DNA of 26,636 nucleotides, taken from positions 1-26,636 of IMG/VR virus record IMGVR_UViG_3300046008_001149; one strand, given 5' to 3'. The notes beneath the pieces are model-generated. The model had not been told where the DNA came from. It saw nothing but the letters and a program-made list of their open reading frames with translations, and did no database searches. A program made the position numbers and the translations under genes. Below are positions 1 to 8,200 of this stretch, in pieces. Each line of letters starts with the position of its first letter. Position 1 is the first letter of the stretch. Origin of the DNA: a virus (Duplodnaviria > Caudoviricetes).

Positions 1-92
1 ATTTCGTTCCTCAAAATACGGATTTTAATACAAAGAAAAATTGATGATAAATCTGACCGACTGAAGTCGGTGGCTTTAACCTTCAAGTGGAA
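1..92 (-). mobile_element. Left end of an IS200/IS605-family (IS608-like) insertion sequence, truncated by the window edge
   Basis: The minus strand reads TTAC (93-96) | 15 nt | AAAG (77-74) | CC-ACCGAC-TTCA-GTCGGT hairpin (71-56). This matches the IS608 left-end layout of TTAC target, AAAG guide and subterminal hairpin. The sheath reading frame stops 3 codons after the junction. Confidence 0.75.
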
Positions 93-448
93 GTAAATGG
101 CGTTGTAGATAAGCCGTCAACCGCACCATAAACAGCCCATTTTACTTTTGCATTTTCTGTGACAAGGCGTTGCACGATTGCTTGATACGCACCTTGATTT
201 AAGGCTTCAACAACGTGAACCCATGCTTCGTTTAGCATTGATGCACGCATTGATTCACCGCGCCCCAATCTTTTGAGTACATTACCTCTATCAACTGCAA
301 ACGGCTTGTCAATTCGACCGCGTGTCGCACGCATTAAAATCCCGAATATCTGGTCAGAATTATCTGCTACAGGAATTTCGGAATTGTCACGCAATGGATT
401 GAGCTGTACACCCGATTCCGCACCTAATTGTCTTGTAAATGCTTGCAT
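83..448 (-). pseudogene. Tail sheath protein (P1 gp22-like), N-terminal ~118 aa only, interrupted by the IS
   Basis: RQLGAESGVQLNP...RGRIDKPFAV...EAWVHVVEALNQ resembles the P1 gp22 N-terminus as recalled (QSLGNASGVAVSP...ARGKPFTVLAV...EPIRHVYEAIQQ). It follows the capsid gene as in P1. Full sheaths are ~500 aa. Confidence 0.75.
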
Positions 449-450
449 GA

Positions 451-840
451 TTAACCTCCAGTTACAGCGGTTTCAGTCACAGGTGCAGCAGGTGCAACAG
501 GTGCAGCAGGTGTTGATTTTGAAGGTTTTGATGTTTCAGGTTTTGTTGCAAGTGACAATTCCTCAACAGTGATTGCCGCTTCATGCAAATTCAATTCTGC
601 GATTTGCTCAATTGACGAAACAAGGCGATGCAAGTCATCAAATGTTTTGATTTTTGCTTCTTCTTTACCTGTCAATGCTTTCAAAAACACGCTTGCTTCT
701 GGTAACGCAACATTGCGCGGCAAGTGATTATGCAATCGAATTGAAATAGGGAATTTTACATCGCTGAAAAAATCATTTACCAAGTCATTTGCGTCAACGC
801 CCGTAATTGATGGTGCGCCGATAATAAATTTAGCTGCCAT
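451..840 (-). CDS. Hypothetical virion-associated protein with a Pro/Ala-rich C-terminal tail
   Basis: Tightly packed between capsid and sheath, GGAG RBS upstream, PAAPVAPAAP low-complexity tail. Confidence 0.75.
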   Translation of the reverse strand: MAAKFIIGAPSITGVDANDLVNDFFSDVKFPISIRLHNHLPRNVALPEASVFLKALTGKEEAKIKTFDDLHRLVSSIEQIAELNLHEAAITVEELSLATKPETSKPSKSTPAAPVAPAAPVTETAVTGG

Positions 841-854
841 TTTTAACTCCAGTT

Positions 855-2528
855 TTAGGTCAAGTTAGTAATGTTAATCATCGCGCAACCCAAAGAGCTT
901 GGAATGTGCGGATTAACCGCTGTAAAGTTACGCGCGTAGAAACCCGCACCCGTTTTCAAATCAACATTTGTTGCAATTGGAATGACAGATGGCGCGACAG
1001 CATCACCCAAAATAAACGGGTTACGAGTTACATCAGTTGCACGACCAACACACAAAACGCTTGCCGCTTGATGTCCGCTAACAACTGATTCAGGAATCAA
1101 TTTGGGCGCGTAATACACTTCAAATCTTCCGAACAAGCGACCGATTCTATAAATAGATGGACGCGCTGCAATGCCAGACGGTGTAAATAAAGTTGATGGC
1201 AAAGACAAAAGCATTGCCGCCATGAATTTACCAACATACAAATGCGTAATGCCGTGATTCATGGTGTCATTTGCCATTTGTTGGTCTAAAGCACCTAATG
1301 GCGTTGCAAAATCTTGGAAAACTTCTGCGCGTGATTTTGTCGCCATCGAGCCGCTTGTCCAGCCAAAATCAAAATCAATTGAATTGTTTGCTGCTAGGCG
1401 CATTGCCATACCCAATACTTTGTAATGACGTTCATTTGCAAATTGCTGTTGAATGCCGATTACCGATTCACTGTAAGGGTCTAAACCTAACTCGTTTGCC
1501 ATTTGTGTACGGCTATCGATGGTTTGTTGTGTGAATACGCGCCACGAATTAGCGTAAAGTTTGAACGTATCAACACGAGTAATGATTTTCGGCGTTAAAG
1601 ACGGGTCGCGCTCATAATCAATAAAGCCTTCTACTACAACAGGCACGCTAGTTGGCATTGCAGGTGTCGTAGTTAAAGCAATAACGCCTGTGTCCGTATT
1701 GACGTAACCTGCGATTGCGTAATTCACGCCTGCGATTTTAATTCCACCGCTAACCGCTGAATTGCCCGAACCCGCATTATCCACTTCACGCGCTGCAACT
1801 TGACCGTTCACATAAACGATTGTGCGACCGCGTAATAAAACCGTTGTCACGCCCGCTGGGTCGCAAGTTTCATGCGTTAATTGAATGCCCGTGATTTTGC
1901 CTGTGACGTTACCGCTCGCATCAATCGAGCATTTGTGAATGCGTGAACTTGAAATATAAGCATCGCCGCTGCTAACACCATCAAGAATCGCACCCGCGCC
2001 ATAAGCACCAAAAGCACTATCGGCTTGATGTTGCAAGATAGCGAGTTTTGCTTCATTGCTTGAAATATCCGCAGGTAAATAATGAGCAAAAGGGATTGCT
2101 TCGGACATCATCGACAAAATAGCAACAACTGCGCGATTAGGCTGCAAGCTCAAAGAATCAGCGTGATTGCTGGTTGCGCTATCGAGTGTTGGTAATTGGT
2201 GTTTTTGACGCGCTTCATTGGTTGTGCCGTAAGCCGCGTGAATCGCTTGCTCTACTACGTCAGCAGGGACGCTACAGCCATGCGCGTTTTCGTAAGTTGA
2301 AATGCCGTCTAAAATTGCTTTTGTGACAATGCCACTTTTATCGCCACACTCATCAAGTAAAACCTGTAGGTTTTCAGGAATTTTCGCGCCTGTTGAAGAA
2401 ATAAAATCCTCGGCGGCAATTGAATCAAACGTGCCTGTGTTTGAAATCGCGTTTGATTGTAAGTCGCTAACAAAATCAGCTACTTCAAGCGTTGATTTTT
2501 TCGCGTAGTTATATTCAGTTTTTTGCAT
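855..2528 (-). CDS. Major capsid protein precursor (P1 gp23-like)
   Basis: Motifs SAFGAYGAGAILD, LLRGRTIVYVNG, NELGLD and GDAVAP align with recalled P1 gp23 motifs. The likely start is ATG at 2528 (GAGG RBS 8 nt upstream) rather than 2591, giving 557 aa. Confidence 0.9.
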   Translation of the reverse strand: MQKTEYNYAKKSTLEVADFVSDLQSNAISNTGTFDSIAAEDFISSTGAKIPENLQVLLDECGDKSGIVTKAILDGISTYENAHGCSVPADVVEQAIHAAYGTTNEARQKHQLPTLDSATSNHADSLSLQPNRAVVAILSMMSEAIPFAHYLPADISSNEAKLAILQHQADSAFGAYGAGAILDGVSSGDAYISSSRIHKCSIDASGNVTGKITGIQLTHETCDPAGVTTVLLRGRTIVYVNGQVAAREVDNAGSGNSAVSGGIKIAGVNYAIAGYVNTDTGVIALTTTPAMPTSVPVVVEGFIDYERDPSLTPKIITRVDTFKLYANSWRVFTQQTIDSRTQMANELGLDPYSESVIGIQQQFANERHYKVLGMAMRLAANNSIDFDFGWTSGSMATKSRAEVFQDFATPLGALDQQMANDTMNHGITHLYVGKFMAAMLLSLPSTLFTPSGIAARPSIYRIGRLFGRFEVYYAPKLIPESVVSGHQAASVLCVGRATDVTRNPFILGDAVAPSVIPIATNVDLKTGAGFYARNFTAVNPHIPSSLGCAMINITNLT

Positions 2529-2573
2529 CGGTAATGCCTCGAAGTAAAATAAAAAGTAAATTATTGCGAGGCT

Positions 2574-2613
2574 ATTATTAGTGGCAATCACGCCTGTTTT
2601 TTGCTGGTTTTCC
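2574..2613 (-). promoter_or_regulatory. Putative late promoter for the capsid operon (GGAAAAC-N27-AATAAT)
   Basis: One of six copies with identical 27-nt spacing, each upstream of a transcription unit. Confidence 0.65.
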
Positions 2614-2651
2614 TATTTTGAGCATGACCGTTAATGCCGTTTTTTAAACAC

Positions 2652-2688
2652 AAAAAAAACCACCGTTGAAATTATCGCGGATGGTTTT
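2652..2688 (-). terminator. Rho-independent terminator after the PmgG-like gene
   Basis: Imperfect hairpin ACCATCCG...CGGTGGT followed by a T run on the minus strand. Confidence 0.6.
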
Positions 2689-2721
2689 GATAATTGGCGG
2701 TATCGCCAAATTTGAAGTTTT

Positions 2722-3510
2722 CTACGGACGCATAAACGTATCAAGTTGTGAAAACGTCATCGTTAATTCCTGCATTGCATCTTCTTTTCTCGAAAGACTA
2801 ATTGCCATGCTTTGTGGTCTAAATAAGCCAATATCTTCATAATCACCAAATGGATAACCATGCACGACTTTGATGCTAACTGCATAATCCGCTGGATAGC
2901 CAATTGTGCCATCAGTGTGAACTGCCTCGTGTGCGTGTGCGTTAAACCAATTTTTCAAAAAACCTGCATCGTTATCAAGCGTGGTAATGGTCAGCTCAAC
3001 GGGTTCACTCGATTGCACGCTGTCAACGGTTGTACCGCCTAACTTTCTTTTTTCAGCGGTTACGGTTGTTGGGCTGTATTCAACATCGCTCGCAAACAAA
3101 TTAAAACGCTGTGAAATGTCGCCATACAACGGACTTGAAACCTCCAAAACAAACCAATTCTTTTGTGCGAAAGTGGTATTTACGGATTCTTTGAAAATGG
3201 CTTTTGCTTGCGCGGGTGAAACATTGGCAAACATTGGCGTGTCACCACCCCAAAATGCCGCCTGTTTTGCAATGCCCGCAAATCCGCCTAAATCACCCAA
3301 AACACCCGAATTTAAAACCCCCATTCCCGCGCCAATCAAATCGCCGCTTAATAATTTGCCGCCGATATTTCCCGCTGCATTAACCGCTCGCGTCACAGAA
3401 CTAGGAACGTATTTACTCGCCGCCTGTCCCATAATGCTACCTGCCATCGCGCCCAAATTGCCGCCGATAGATTGACCGATACTGCTCGCAACCGAATCAA
3501 AAAGGCTCAC
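2722..3510 (-). CDS. Tail tube initiator/baseplate tube-like protein (PmgG-like)
   Basis: Gly-rich N-terminus, then a tube-fold-like C-half (FNLFASDVEYSP...EPVELTITTLDN...WF...ELTMTFSQ). GTG start overlaps the upstream TGA. Confidence 0.6.
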   Translation of the reverse strand: MSLFDSVASSIGQSIGGNLGAMAGSIMGQAASKYVPSSVTRAVNAAGNIGGKLLSGDLIGAGMGVLNSGVLGDLGGFAGIAKQAAFWGGDTPMFANVSPAQAKAIFKESVNTTFAQKNWFVLEVSSPLYGDISQRFNLFASDVEYSPTTVTAEKRKLGGTTVDSVQSSEPVELTITTLDNDAGFLKNWFNAHAHEAVHTDGTIGYPADYAVSIKVVHGYPFGDYEDIGLFRPQSMAISLSRKEDAMQELTMTFSQLDTFMRP

Positions 3511-3767
3511 CCTCTTACGTCCCCGTGCGTCAAATAATGGCGGATTTGTACAAATTCATTCGTATCAGGGACTTTGAATTTATCCACGCCGTTTTCGACA
3601 ACCAATGTCACACCATCCAGTTCTAACGCGCCCTCAATGAAAATGCGGTAAACATCGCTGTCCGACATCGTGATTTGAAATTCCTGCTCCGAAATAAACG
3701 CCACTTTTTTCACATAGCGCATATTCAGCATTAAATTGATGCTTCTCAGTCTTAAAAATTTAGTCAT
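3507..3767 (-). CDS. Hypothetical protein
   Basis: Strong AAGGAG RBS, translationally coupled (GTGA) to the next gene, preceded by the late-promoter motif. Confidence 0.7.
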   Translation of the reverse strand: MTKFLRLRSINLMLNMRYVKKVAFISEQEFQITMSDSDVYRIFIEGALELDGVTLVVENGVDKFKVPDTNEFVQIRHYLTHGDVRG

Positions 3768-3797
3768 TTTTACCGCTCCTTTAAGTTGTTTAGGTGC

Positions 3798-3837
3798 ATT
3801 ATAAAAATGATATTTGTTTGATTACGCTTGATTTTCT
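3798..3837 (-). promoter_or_regulatory. Putative late promoter (AGAAAAT-N27-TATAAT)
   Basis: Same motif and spacing as the other five copies, perfect -10. Confidence 0.65.
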
Positions 3838-4073
3838 TGCTCGCTCTTTTTTAAAAATTCAAGTGCTTCAATCAAATCGTGATACGGCATTGTTAATCTT
3901 GGCTCAATGGCGTTTCTTGCGTCGAATTTTAAGCTGCGCTCCAGCCTGTAAATAATTTCAGATGTTAATGTCCGAGCATTGGCTTTTGCCTCGATGGTTA
4001 GCGTTTCTTTTAGGTCTTCGGGCATTCTGACATGAACATACGGCATATCATGTTTTTTTGTTTTTATATTCAT
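3822..4073 (-). CDS. Arc/Mnt-family ribbon-helix-helix repressor
   Basis: VHVRMPEDLKETLTIEAKANARTLTSEIIYRLERSL is a typical Arc-domain sequence. AAGGA RBS. Divergent from an antirepressor. Confidence 0.9.
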   Translation of the reverse strand: MNIKTKKHDMPYVHVRMPEDLKETLTIEAKANARTLTSEIIYRLERSLKFDARNAIEPRLTMPYHDLIEALEFLKKSEQENQA

Positions 4074-4151
4074 TTTTACATCCTTAAAAAATAAGTTGCA
4101 AAAATTATACCCCGCGAGTATATTTTAATCCAGCAGTTAGCCTGCTAAAAC

Positions 4152-4270
4152 AAAAAAAGCCCCGAGTGATTCCAACACTCAAGGCTTTTATATTTTCATG
4201 CCGTCATTGCCCGATTCTTATTTTTGCAATGACGGTTTAACTTTAATTTTTTATAGGGACAGTTATGTCT
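4152..4270 (-). ncRNA. sar-like antisense RNA covering the antirepressor translation start
   Basis: Extended -10 TGCTATAAT on the minus strand at 4277-4285 inside the 5' end of the antirepressor. 10-bp hairpin CCGTCATTGC/GCAATGACGG from ~4201. Terminator hairpin with G-U pairs that only form on the minus strand, plus T7 (4152-4186). Layout as in P22 immI. Confidence 0.55.
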
Positions 4271-5143
4271 AGCGAAATTATAGCAGTAACACCAGAAACA
4301 TTGCCAGCAATCATGTGGCAAAATCAACCTGTTATCACAACCGAATTGCTTGCTGAAATTTACGGCACAGCAATGGACAACATCAACAAAAACTTTGAAC
4401 GAAACAAATCACGTTTCATTGAAGGCGTGCATTATTTTTTATTGAAAGGCGCGGATTTAAAGGCGTTCAAGAACTGCCCGACTATAAGTCGGTTAGTTCA
4501 AATCGGTAAAAGGTCTGCTAGTTTGTATCTTTGGACAGAGCGCGGCACAGTTCGCCATGCAAAGATTTTAGACACGGATAACGCTTGGGCAGTTCAAGAC
4601 CGATTGGAAGATTTCTATTTCACTAAGAACCAGCCAAAACCCTACGGCTTAATCGAACTCGAAAGCATCAACAAAACGCAATGGGGAATTTTGAGCGCGA
4701 TGGTTTCAGAGATTTCAATCGCCAGCGGCAAAGAAGGTACGACGAAAACAGCGTTGTGGTCACGCTTCAATAATCACTTCAAAATCGGCGGTTACAAAGA
4801 ATTACCTGCGATTAAGTTTGATGATGCCGTGACGTATCTTGAGGCGAAACGCGATGAATACAACAGAGGTTTTACGCTTGCAGTGGTGAAAAAAGATGAT
4901 TTGCTTGCATTAGGTTATGACAGTGAAACTAAGATGTTCGCAGTACAGGCATTACCCGCACCACAAGCACCCCAAAAACAAGCAGAGCAAGAATTTACGC
5001 CCTGCCGCGTGTCGGATTACTCACTGACACATTTGACGATAGAAATTCCCATGCAAAACGTAGAGTTTATTTTAAAGAAATTTGGCGGCATGGTTTTGTA
5101 TCAGGAAGACATGGCGCGAATTAAAGGCGTTTTGAAAGCGTAA
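4265..5143 (+). CDS. ORF6N-domain phage antirepressor with an ORF6C-like C-terminal domain
   Basis: QPVITTELLAEIYGT...NFERNKSRFIEGVHYFLL...LYLWTERG...HAKILDTDNAW (ORF6N), then LWSRFNNHFKIGGYKELPAIKFDDAVTYL. Confidence 0.9.
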   Translation: MSSEIIAVTPETLPAIMWQNQPVITTELLAEIYGTAMDNINKNFERNKSRFIEGVHYFLLKGADLKAFKNCPTISRLVQIGKRSASLYLWTERGTVRHAKILDTDNAWAVQDRLEDFYFTKNQPKPYGLIELESINKTQWGILSAMVSEISIASGKEGTTKTALWSRFNNHFKIGGYKELPAIKFDDAVTYLEAKRDEYNRGFTLAVVKKDDLLALGYDSETKMFAVQALPAPQAPQKQAEQEFTPCRVSDYSLTHLTIEIPMQNVEFILKKFGGMVLYQEDMARIKGVLKA

Positions 5144-5157
5144 TTTTTAATCGCATT

Positions 5158-5195
5158 AAAAAAGCCCTGTAGGTTACTGACTTACGGGGCTTTTT
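5158..5195. terminator. Probably bidirectional intrinsic terminator
   Basis: A6-GCCCTGTAGGT-loop-ACTTACGGGGC-T5 between convergent genes. Confidence 0.75.
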
Positions 5196-5240
5196 CGCAC
5201 TTATCAGCTTTCCATATCTACGCACTACAAGGCTTAAATT

Positions 5241-8200
5241 TTAGCGCAAGCCGCGCAAATAGGATTGCAATGTCCACGTTTCGCGGGGCTTTGATTCTTT
5301 AGATGGAATAGCAACGGAATCTAAAACAATCTCTTTTTCAATAGTTGTGAATTGTCTTTTTTCTGGCTCAACACTATCCATTACCGAATTTTCAGCTTCC
5401 ACTTTTGGCAAAACCGTAAAGCGTTGTGTTTGCAAGTGCTGCATTTGTGCAAACAATTCTTTGATGTCGGTAACTTGTCTAAAATCGTGTGACGTTTCGT
5501 AGAGGCTTTCACGGGTTTCTTTGTCATCAATTCTATCGAGAATCACAATTTTAGTATTCACCGACGTACCAGCACGCTCAAACGCAATCGACGGTAAATG
5601 AATGGTTTTTGTGAGAATGATATTGTCTTTTTCAGCACGTTCTAAAAATTGATTAAAGCGTTTTTCTGCCATGCCGCCATCGGGAATTAAAGCCACTACG
5701 CGACCTAAATCACGCAAGTGTTTTGTCGCTTTTTCAACGTGTTCAATCGCCATTTTTCCGCCTTTGCCAAACGGTGGATTCATTACTACGGCGCTGAATT
5801 TGTTGTAAGTGCTTAAATCCTCGAATGCGCCGCCTTTAATGTCGCCATTACCCGCTGTACGCAATGCTAAATCACCTTGCAAATCAAGCGATGGTTCAAT
5901 GTAAGTGTTTTTGGTGTTTTCTGGCATATAACGCGCAATTGCACCATGCCCCGCGCTAGGTTCTAATGCGCTTTCACCTGCTTTTAAATTGGCGAATTCC
6001 ACCATTTTCATACCAATAGGCTCAGGCGTTGGGAAATAATCAATACCTTTGCTTTTAGTATTTTTATTGGCTTTTTGCGTAGCGAAATAATCAGAAATAG
6101 CCTTGTCAAACGGTGATATTTCTTCGAGTTTGTTTATTTCTTTGCCGCCACGTCCTTGTTCTGTGCTGGGTTCGTCACTATTCGCATTTAGATAACCGTT
6201 TTTAAATGCGTCTAACAAGTTTCGCGCATCGTTGCCCATTGCTAAGTTTTCGGCTTCACTTGAGCGCGTGGCGATTACATCTGCGAAAATGCGTTTTTCG
6301 TACTTTGTGCCTGTTGAAATATATTCAAAAATAGCATCCGTTACCTGTCCAGTGCGATAAATCCGCCCTTCAATTTGTATCGTATCAGTGGGTTTTGTTG
6401 GTAATCCTAAGTTAATCAAAACCCGTGTTTTTTTGCCCGTAGTATCGTGCAAACTTACACCCTCTTTGCCCTTGTCGGTTTGCATTAAGATGATGTTTTT
6501 TTCTAACGAATCGTTATTAAAATCCTTTGCCGATTGCAGAATTTGTTTTTTCGCTACCGTGCCGTTGTAAATCATCACATCACCGCCAAATGCGCTTTTT
6601 AGCGTTTCAATCGGGCTTTGCAAATCATCTAATTTCATGTTGGCATATTTAGGGAAATTCTTTGAAAAATCGGCGTACTGACTTTGAATTTTACTTTTTT
6701 CACGGTCATCCTTTTTCGCCCAAACATTGCCCGTTGTCATGAGTTTAAATGGATTTGTCGCGCCACCTACGTTATAGCCGTGAAAAACTACGACTTTACG
6801 ATTCAACGCAAGGTGCAAGTGAATTCGCTTAACGATTGATTTCGCCTTGATTGCTTCGAGTAACTTTAACCGTGACAAATAATCAAAGCTGGAAGCGTGA
6901 ATGTAACTGTTTAGCTCGCGGTATTTTGAATCATTTAATGCCGATAATGCCGCGTCAATTTGTTCGCCTAATTTGTCTTTTAGGATAATGAACTCACGCG
7001 AATAATCCGCATCAACTTTAAGACTGCGACCACTTAACGCGCCGCTTGTTTTCAGCATTTCATTGAATTGGCGTTGCATTGCGCCGCCATTAACACCTGC
7101 ATCGGGTCTGGTTAATTTGTTGGTACGCATCGAATAACCAAAATGCGTCATCATGAAATTTTGTTGACCGTCGCCTGAGTTATAGCCGCCATCTTCTGAT
7201 TTTGGATAATCAAACAAATAACCTTCAGCGTAATCAATAGATTTTTCATAAGCAAACGGCGTGGCGGACAAAAACAAAACCTTAGCGCGTTTCTTTTCTA
7301 ATTCGGCGCGGATTTCATCCTTTGCTTCCTCTAGCTCTTGCTTTAATTCTGCTTCCTTATCTTCCAGTGCTTTTAGATTTTCTTTTTTAGAATCCGTCCA
7401 GCCCGTCATATTCGTCCAGCCACCACCGCCACCAGCCTCACGAATCTTAATCTTAACGGCATCAAGCTGTTGCTTTACGGCATCAAGCTGTTGCTTTACG
7501 GGGTGATTGTTCAGTTTTTCACTAACTAACCCCGCTGTTTTGCTTGGATGCCCTGTAATTTTACGCATCATTTCCTGTGCGCCTGTTGAATCACCCGCCG
7601 CGTTAGAATTGATTTTGTGCGCTTCGTCAAAAATCACTAAATCCCAATCACGGCGCATTAAACTTTCGTTTTGGTAAAAATTGGCATAACTGGTGATTGC
7701 TATGCCTTCGCCGCCATTATCGGTAATGTCTTCAAGAGCCTTGATTTTTAGATGTAGATTTTCAGCCGATTCAATGAAATCAGCGGCGATTTTGTCACCT
7801 GGTACAACAATCAAAATGCTTTGCTTGCCTTGTTTTGCAAAACGTTTAATTGCGCCTAATGCGGTATAGGTGTTATGGGTAACAACGTAATCGTCAGTTA
7901 CATAAAGGTGTGACGGATGCTCGATAGCGATACATTGAGCTTGTTTTTTCCCAACTAAAGTAACCGATACAATTTTTCTTCTTGGTGCATGAACTTTTGG
8001 AGTAATCAAATCGAGCTTTCTTGTTAATCCAAAATACTGAACAGAATTAGGCAAATGCAAGCAGGCTGTATAAGCTAATTTACCTGTTTTGCGCTCTCCA
8101 TTGTGTGTGTACGTTGGAATTTTTTTAGAAACCGTTGCTATACCGCCAAGCGAACGAGTTAATTCTATAATGCCATCTATAAGCATTTTAGATACGCTTG

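Noticed and set aside
83-85. Stop-codon reassignment explaining the short sheath gene
   Set aside because: The stop lies inside the IS left end, and other genes are long and open in the standard code.
273-572. Plus-strand ORF with QVQQVQ repeats
   Set aside because: It is the antisense reading of the PAAPVAP tail of the 129-aa gene.
2529-2591. N-terminal 21-aa extension of the capsid ORF from the ORF track
   Set aside because: It overlaps the promoter -10 region; the ATG at 2528 has a proper RBS.
5241-6060. Stand-alone restriction-modification system
   Set aside because: The MTase is the C-terminal domain of the polyvalent protein, and no restriction endonuclease or specificity subunit is adjacent.
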